Shown here: in pieces, positions 56,406-64,000 of the stretch | How the letters are laid out: each line of letters opens with the position of its first letter | Position numbering within the stretch: position 1 is the stretch's first letter | Assembly: GCA_949358305.1 (NCBI GenBank) | Contig: OX442314.1 | Location: 18,352,001 to 18,416,000 of the forward strand | Direction of reading: 5' to 3' | Source: Strigamia acuminata | Lineage: Eukaryota | Length of the DNA: 64,000 bases | Translations under genes and position numbers: made by a program | Notes under the pieces: model-generated | The model's input: only the letters and a program-made list of their open reading frames with translations | Told to the model about the DNA's origin: nothing | Database searches by the model: none

Positions 56406-58103
56406 CAAGTAAGTACCGAAATTATGAAAAAAAACTAATAATATATTTAACAATTTATTTTTATCGTACGCTCTAATACATAAGAGAAAATTATGTCTGC
56501 CGGTAGTTGCGAATTTTCATGTATTCAATTCAATTTAGCATGGAAAATTTAAATTTAAATTTAAATAAAAATCGGCGTATCGTAAGTTTTAATCAGTTGT
56601 GTACCGGGTCTGTTAGAACTAACAAATAAATGTAAGTTTTCTCACACACAAAATTAAAAGATATGTACAATCTCTTTTTAATATTTTAAAAAGTTTTGAA
56701 ATGAAATGAAACTCAAATACAAAAAAAATAAACGTACCGGTCGGCATTATGCAATAACACATGCCGTTATTGTATAAAAAGATACGTATCTTAGTTGGCT
56801 CAAATGCAGAAGTACGTACCACACACATTTGTCAAGTAAACTAAATCTACATATAATAAGTTTATTAAAAACTGCCGTTTCTGCAATTCCGCCATGATTC
56901 TGAGGATGAAATTGTTGTCGTTTGTTGTATTTGAGGCACGATGAACTGAATGTTATTTTATTTTGTACGGGAATTAATTAACAAAAGGGTCGTAAAGTAA
57001 AGAAAGAAAAGAAAAGAATGAATTCTGAGCGTAAAATTTTGTTTCGTTTTCAGTTTGCAATTTTTTAATTTCGGTCTGCTCGTGTCTGATGATCGATGTA
57101 CTGAAATCGGCTCATATCCGTCCACTTTATGTCACTATATTCTTTTATCATCGTGTATTTAATACATGTAATTATAGTATTTATAAAATTGGTATATTCC
57201 AATTGATATGTGTATTTTAAGTATACCAGGCTCATGGCAGATCTATCAACAATGAGCACGACATTTAAAAATAAATTATCGGATTTTATAAGGGATTTGA
57301 TTGATTTGTTTGTTTTTTGTGTTTATAAACTTTCGAAGCCGTTAACAACGCCGAAATGGCCATAAAACCTTCCTCAAACAAACATTTTTCTCGTTTAGTT
57401 AAATGTGTCAACACAAAATTACTCGTTCTCATCCCACTAGTTTAGTTAATCTGATAACATCTCTAACTTTTCAACCTCCCCCTGCTTTAGTTTCGTCTCA
57501 GGTTTCAAGTTGAAACTTTCAACGGATGTGACGCGACAGACCCAAATTCCCAGCCCATGGTTAATTGCTCTACATTCATCATGTCAAATGGCTTTATAAA
57601 CAATTTAATCAAAGCAAAAGAAAACAATCAAAACCAATTCCAGCGCAATTCAAAATAACTTTCTCCTTTTTTCGTTTTGCTTCGCTGTATTACCTACATG
57701 TGGGAATTTTCCGGGTATCAATGTAATTCGATACGGTAGGAGAGTTGACTGGAAATTGAATTTGCGCCACCCCGAATCAATTTCAACGGTTAATACTTTC
57801 AAGCCGATACCATTCCTAAATGCGGCTCGTTAAACGGAGTTGGGAATGATAAAGTGCTATTGGCACACTTGTTGACAGTTGCTGAAGCGCTGTTGGTGCG
57901 GAGGAGCCAAACAGCCGCCACAGATGAATGAATGCAGACAGCTGGCCATCCCAGCAACAACTTCCATTTGTACCAACACAACTTTCAGTGCCAATTGCTT
58001 TTTTCGACAAAATAAACTTTTATCGGCTGATGGGTTTGTATGGAAAAAGTAATTGGTTTAAAAACTTAGACAATTTTCCTTTATTTTTCAAGTCGTTCAA
58101 TGT

Positions 58104-60538
58104 TTACATTACAGGGAATTTTAATTTACTGTCCTTATACATAAAAACGGCTGCTACCACGTTTAAAACTACGCTCAAAACAAGAACTATATTTTGCCAC
58201 GAATAGAAACACGATTCTGTTCCTTGAAAAAAATATACAAAAAAAAAAGAAAAGTGTTAATATCAACAATACAATTTCAATTCTATCTTCATACCGTTTT
58301 CTGACAAATTTAAATTTGAAGTTGTGTCAATGGGGCAAGTACTTGACGACGATTTCGAGCTATTTGTCCCCTTTTCCGAGCACCTTTTTCGTGTCATATT
58401 ACTCTCGTACGATTGCGTCACGTCTTGTTGACTCACACAGTTGAAGTTATGACATTGTTGGTCGTAAAAAGGTGTTTCTTCGCAGCCACCATAAACTGAT
58501 CCGACCCGACTGGAGGTATAAGATGGGCAGTAGAAGCTGTTGTTGGCAGGTAGTGGACTGTACAAATTCCCATTTTCATGAAACTGAGCTGCAATCAAAT
58601 ATGGCAATTCATTAAAAGCCCTTTTAAAGATTTCCAACCAAAGCCACAAACTCCTGAAATTTATTTTTATTTTTTCTAACATCGGGAGTTTGTTAAACAC
58701 AGTTTAGATGTTTTATGCATACGAAAGTTGATGTAATTTGGACTAGATGTCATTCTACAATTCATCGACGGTGACCAATTTGCTTGTGGTTGTTGCCAAC
58801 AATTAATGTAAGGCCACGCATGCATCGGTTGAGGCGAGGCTAATCTAGGCGGGCTTAAAATCGGACGGCGCGAACGTATTTCATCGTTTAAATAATTGAG
58901 CACGGGCGTTGGAGTTGATGGTTTATAATCATGTGTTCTAAAAATTCCTAAAAACAAAAATCCATTAATGATTCATAATTGAATTAATAAATAACAAGTA
59001 ACCTGCGTTGCTGTTTGATTTGCTAGGTGTGCCTAAACTCATGGCACCTAATGAGCTTTGCAAGTTTCCTTTCGTTTTTTTCCTCAGCTGCTTTTCAGCT
59101 TTGATCTTATTTTGAATCCACGCTCTCGTCGAAGTGTCTCCAGATTTATTCGCGATGCAACTAAAAATAAAATAAAAAAATGCATAAAACCAATTAATTT
59201 TTTAAATTTTATTTTTTTTTTAAAAACAAACTAACCTTTTCGTGACATATTTTACGACTTTCTTTGGATACAGAGAACTCACACACAAGTACATTAACAA
59301 AAATAAAGTTGAATACAGTATAACACAACGTACACATTCCTCATTCAGGAAGTTTAAATAATGATAATAATCGTAATAACTAGCCAACTGCGAGTTGAAC
59401 ATCGCCTGCGTTAAATGCAATAATAATGTGAGCAAGTCAACAAAATGGACATCATATTTTTTCGATAAAACTCCAATGGCAAATAAAATTAAACTAATCT
59501 CATAACCTAATTGATCAACTAAATCGACGGTGCCATTTAAAACATACGGTGGCAAGACAAGCTGTGTCCATTCGTTATCTCTAATATAGTTAACGAAATC
59601 ACTTCTAAACAATAGCAAACCAGTCGTTAATGAATAAATGAACAAAGATAGGATATAAAAATAAAAATAAATAGTTGATGAGTAAACTTTTTTGATAAAT
59701 GCATTCTAAAAAGAAAAGAAAAGAAAAAACGTAAATAAATAAATAAATAAATAAATAAAATTGATGAAAAACCGAAAATAATTCCATACTTCGAAAATGG
59801 AAGACTTTGTGGATGATGAAGAACAGCTATTTCGCTTTGACCGCCATTCTAACAGTTTCGGCCGTAGAAACGAATCCTGTTGCCCAAGCGTGTCTCGCAA
59901 AACCAATTCGCATTTCCGACACAATCGGTACACCCTTTCTAAGTAAGTTTTGTAATCATTCATCTCGTCAGAATAATTTTCTTCGTTTAAAGGCACAAAA
60001 TGAGTCAATGCTGCAACTTTCATTTGCTGATTGACATTACATTGGTTGCAAAATCCATTTTTAAACGAATTGCAATTGTCTGTGTATTCACGAGATCGAT
60101 TCTGATTCGGCGTTTCATTAAAAAATTCCTCGTGTTGAGCAGGAATCGGTTTATTGTAATCTCCACTCTGTAATTTATTTTAAAAAATTTAATCAACACC
60201 GCTCTTAAATGATTTTTGAAATCTTTAATTACATCACTAAATCCATTATACTGCTCGCAGTAAGGACAATCCCAGCAATTTTTGTTTCCGTAAGGGACTT
60301 TCGTATTTTGATGACAGAACCAGCAGTTCACAGTGACAGGAAATTTTGGTCTGTGGAAGAAGAAAGATTTAAAAAATAAAAAATATATTTTTAGTGAATC
60401 TGAACTGGAGGCGGGGAAATACGAACTGCAACAAATTAGGCCTAACACTTTAACCAACCTCAGCCATCGATGAAGAGCTAGGCCCGCTGCCACTGTTGTC
60501 GTGATTCCAGCAGCACCCACCGCGATATGAACGGCCAT
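58104..60538 (-). CDS. TMEM201: TMEM201 / Samp1 / Ima1-family inner nuclear membrane protein (multi-exon; 3' end approximate)
   Basis: Ima1-type Cys domain VNCWFCHQNTKVPYGNKNCWDCPYCEQYNGF..GDYNKPIPAQ, FCNQCNVNQQMKVAALTHFVP, LERVYRLCRKCE; hydrophobic TM exons; Ser/Pro-rich region RRPILSPPRL; C-terminal TM IVLVLSVVLNVVAAVFMY. Confidence 0.88.
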
Positions 60539-61242
60539 CGCAAAGCGGTATCTAATTTGTTCGAGGAGAAAGAACTATATCATAAATGCCGGTTGTGGTC
60601 GTTCACCTGCTTAACGAAACCACGTGAAACGGAAATAGAAATCATTTACCAAGTGAAATCAGGAGTGAAAGTAAATTATCGACACTAGATTGCGCTACTG
60701 TTACGAAAGCCAACAACTACCGCAAGGATTAATTCCTTGCTCATGCGTATGAATTAAGAGAAGCGTATAGACGCGATTCGGCTCCGTGTGTTAATTCTGT
60801 ATCCAGACATCTGTAATAAATAAACCGGATGCATTATATTGATTGATTTCCCAGTAAAAGTAGTTAATTACACTACATTCTAGTAATCGACGGAACTTTA
60901 GTACGAGCACGTTTTGATTTTTAATCTAAAAAAATCTAGCAAAATTATGTTTTCCCATCACAAGCGTGCTGGTGGTGGTGATGCATTAATCGTTCCTAGG
61001 TATCTAACAAACATTTAACGCAGGAAGCCGTTCTGTGGGCATCCGCTAGACGAATCACTACGTCCAGCACTTGAAGATCCGCGAATGTTTACGTCTACAC
61101 CGGGCTCGTTTTAATATAGAATATTTTAATATAAGATTGACATATTTTCTGTGAAGTGATTAATAAGAAAGAACACAATTTTATTTTACCAGGCAATAAT
61201 TTAAAGACAAATGCTAATTAAGAACACCAGTAATGAAAGTTG

Positions 61243-62617
<1,375 letters not shown>

Positions 62618-63242
62618 ATGTAGAAATCGCTATTTATTTTTTTTTTAAGTGCTAGAAAAAATTTAATTGGAGATTTTAATGAACTGGAAATTTTAAAAGT
62701 CCACGACAATAAACATTCATACAATGACAATTTTGTCAAAAGTCAATAAAATCCATTATTTTTTTTCTGAAATTACCGAGTCATTGGTTGTATCCTACGT
62801 TCCCGCCTAATGGTACGTCTGCTGATTGGTATCGGGCTGTCGATAGACGGCGCAAGGGCGCAAAACACGTGAAGCGCACAACGGCTTGCAAGCAGGTTCA
62901 AACTTGCCGTCTGCTCCGTTGTTTACGATACAAATGTATCCTTAAAGTGAACTGCACAAGCTGATAATAACGTAAGTTATGGTTTTACTTTTTTTTTCAG
63001 TAACAAATACATGTATAACGCAAGTAATCGAATTGCCGAAATATAAATGAATCGTGTTTTAGCGTGATCGTTATGAAAACCATCTGGAGTCGTTTTGTAT
63101 TTACCTTTTTGGTTTCGTTTGCGACATTAATTGGAAATTTTAAGTCATTTAGAGGAAAAACTTGATACATGTTTTGAAAGTATCGTATTAAATGATTACT
63201 TGTTTAACTTAAAACGTTTAAAATGACCGAACAAAACCACCG

Positions 63243-63314
63243 GCGATGGTGGTATAGTGGTAAGCATAGCTGCCTTCCAAGCAGTTGACCCGGGTTCGAT
63301 TCCCGGCCATCGCA
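63243..63314 (+). tRNA. tRNA-Gly(TCC)
   Basis: GCGATGG...CCATCGCA acceptor stem, GCTGC-CTTCCAA-GCAGT anticodon arm, GTTCGATTCC T-loop/B-box, T-run terminator downstream. Confidence 0.95.
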
Positions 63315-63509
63315 GTTTATCTTTTTCTTGAATTTTTTTCGAAAAATTTTATTTCATTGTTTTAAACGTCATTATTTTTGGACATTTCGAAGTTTTTTTT
63401 ATATTTTTCATAGAGAAAAATTAGTTTCTTCCTTTTTTGTTCAAAAAAGGAAGAGGTTAAATATGCCACTGTGTAGAATAAAAAGGGTTATTCAACTCTT
63501 AATCTACAC

Positions 63510-63581
63510 GCGATGGTGGTATAATGGTAAGCATAGCTGCCTTCCAAGCAGTTGATCCGGGTTCGATTCCCGGCCATCGCA
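63510..63581 (+). tRNA. tRNA-Gly(TCC), second copy
   Basis: Same 72-nt cloverleaf with two substitutions (TATAATGG for TATAGTGG; GATCCGGG for GACCCGGG), followed by a T-run. Confidence 0.93.
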
Positions 63582-63667
63582 ACTTTATTTTTACTACCCC
63601 AAAATATAAAATATAATTTTTTTTAAATAACACAAATGATTTTTTCTTTCTTTAGGAAACCACAAAC

Positions 63668-64000
63668 ATGAACGGGCACGTGATTCCGGGCACACCGATT
63701 GCAGTCGACATATGGCGCTTGAAAAATATCCAGCAATCGAAACTTTTTTTTCTTTCCCACGCGCATGCAGACCACACTTACGGCTTAACGTCAACTTGGA
63801 GAAGTGGCATAATCTACACATCGCCCGTAACCTCTAAAATAATCACCCACAAATTGAAGGTAAATTTTCCCAATTTCCTCGAATGACATTATTTATTAAT
63901 AAAATCATCATTTCAGATCAAACCAAGTATAATCAGACCTCTCGTCATTCGAGAACCACATCTCATACCCGTAGATGAAAACAAACGAGAGTTTATCACA
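63668..64000 (+). CDS. DCLRE1B: DNA cross-link repair 1B (SNM1B/Apollo) metallo-beta-lactamase nuclease, 5' part (exons 63668-63859, 63917->64000)
   Basis: MNGHVIPGTPIAVDIW...LFFLSHAHADHTYGLTSTW..IYTSPVT matches the Apollo N-terminus with its HxHxDH motif. Confidence 0.9.

Noticed and set aside
57799..58010. ORFs downstream of TMEM201 as an extra exon or gene
   Set aside because: TMEM201 can terminate at 58104 after its last TM helix; no convincing homology or splice sites

Overview
AT-rich animal genomic DNA with very short (about 50-80 bp) introns; the gene content and style suggest a compact invertebrate, probably arthropod, genome (inference). Gene order: 3' end of OPA1 (+), whose last coding intron is 15.2 kb; a hairy/HES1-type bHLH-Orange-WRPW gene (-), convergent on OPA1; a transposon/MITE-dense island (21.5-26.2 kb); kazrin/liprin-gamma (+) with several candidate alternative first exons; an unnamed 4-exon gene (-) encoding a YAP/Yorkie-type TEAD-binding omega-loop motif plus an AT-hook-like motif; COPB2 (+); FoxL2 (+); TMEM201/Samp1 (-); SLC35E2-like (+); two tRNA-Gly(TCC); and the 5' end of DCLRE1B/Apollo (+). 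The most notable signals are: (i) two apparent genomic regulatory blocks (OPA1-hairy and COPB2-FoxL2) in which only the housekeeping-gene introns nearest the developmental transcription factor are expanded; (ii) genes whose human orthologs map to the paralogous regions 3q22-29 and 1p36; (iii) the uncharacterised omega-loop protein; (iv) autorepression and K-box elements around hairy. All calls come from manual reading and translation; no database search was run.
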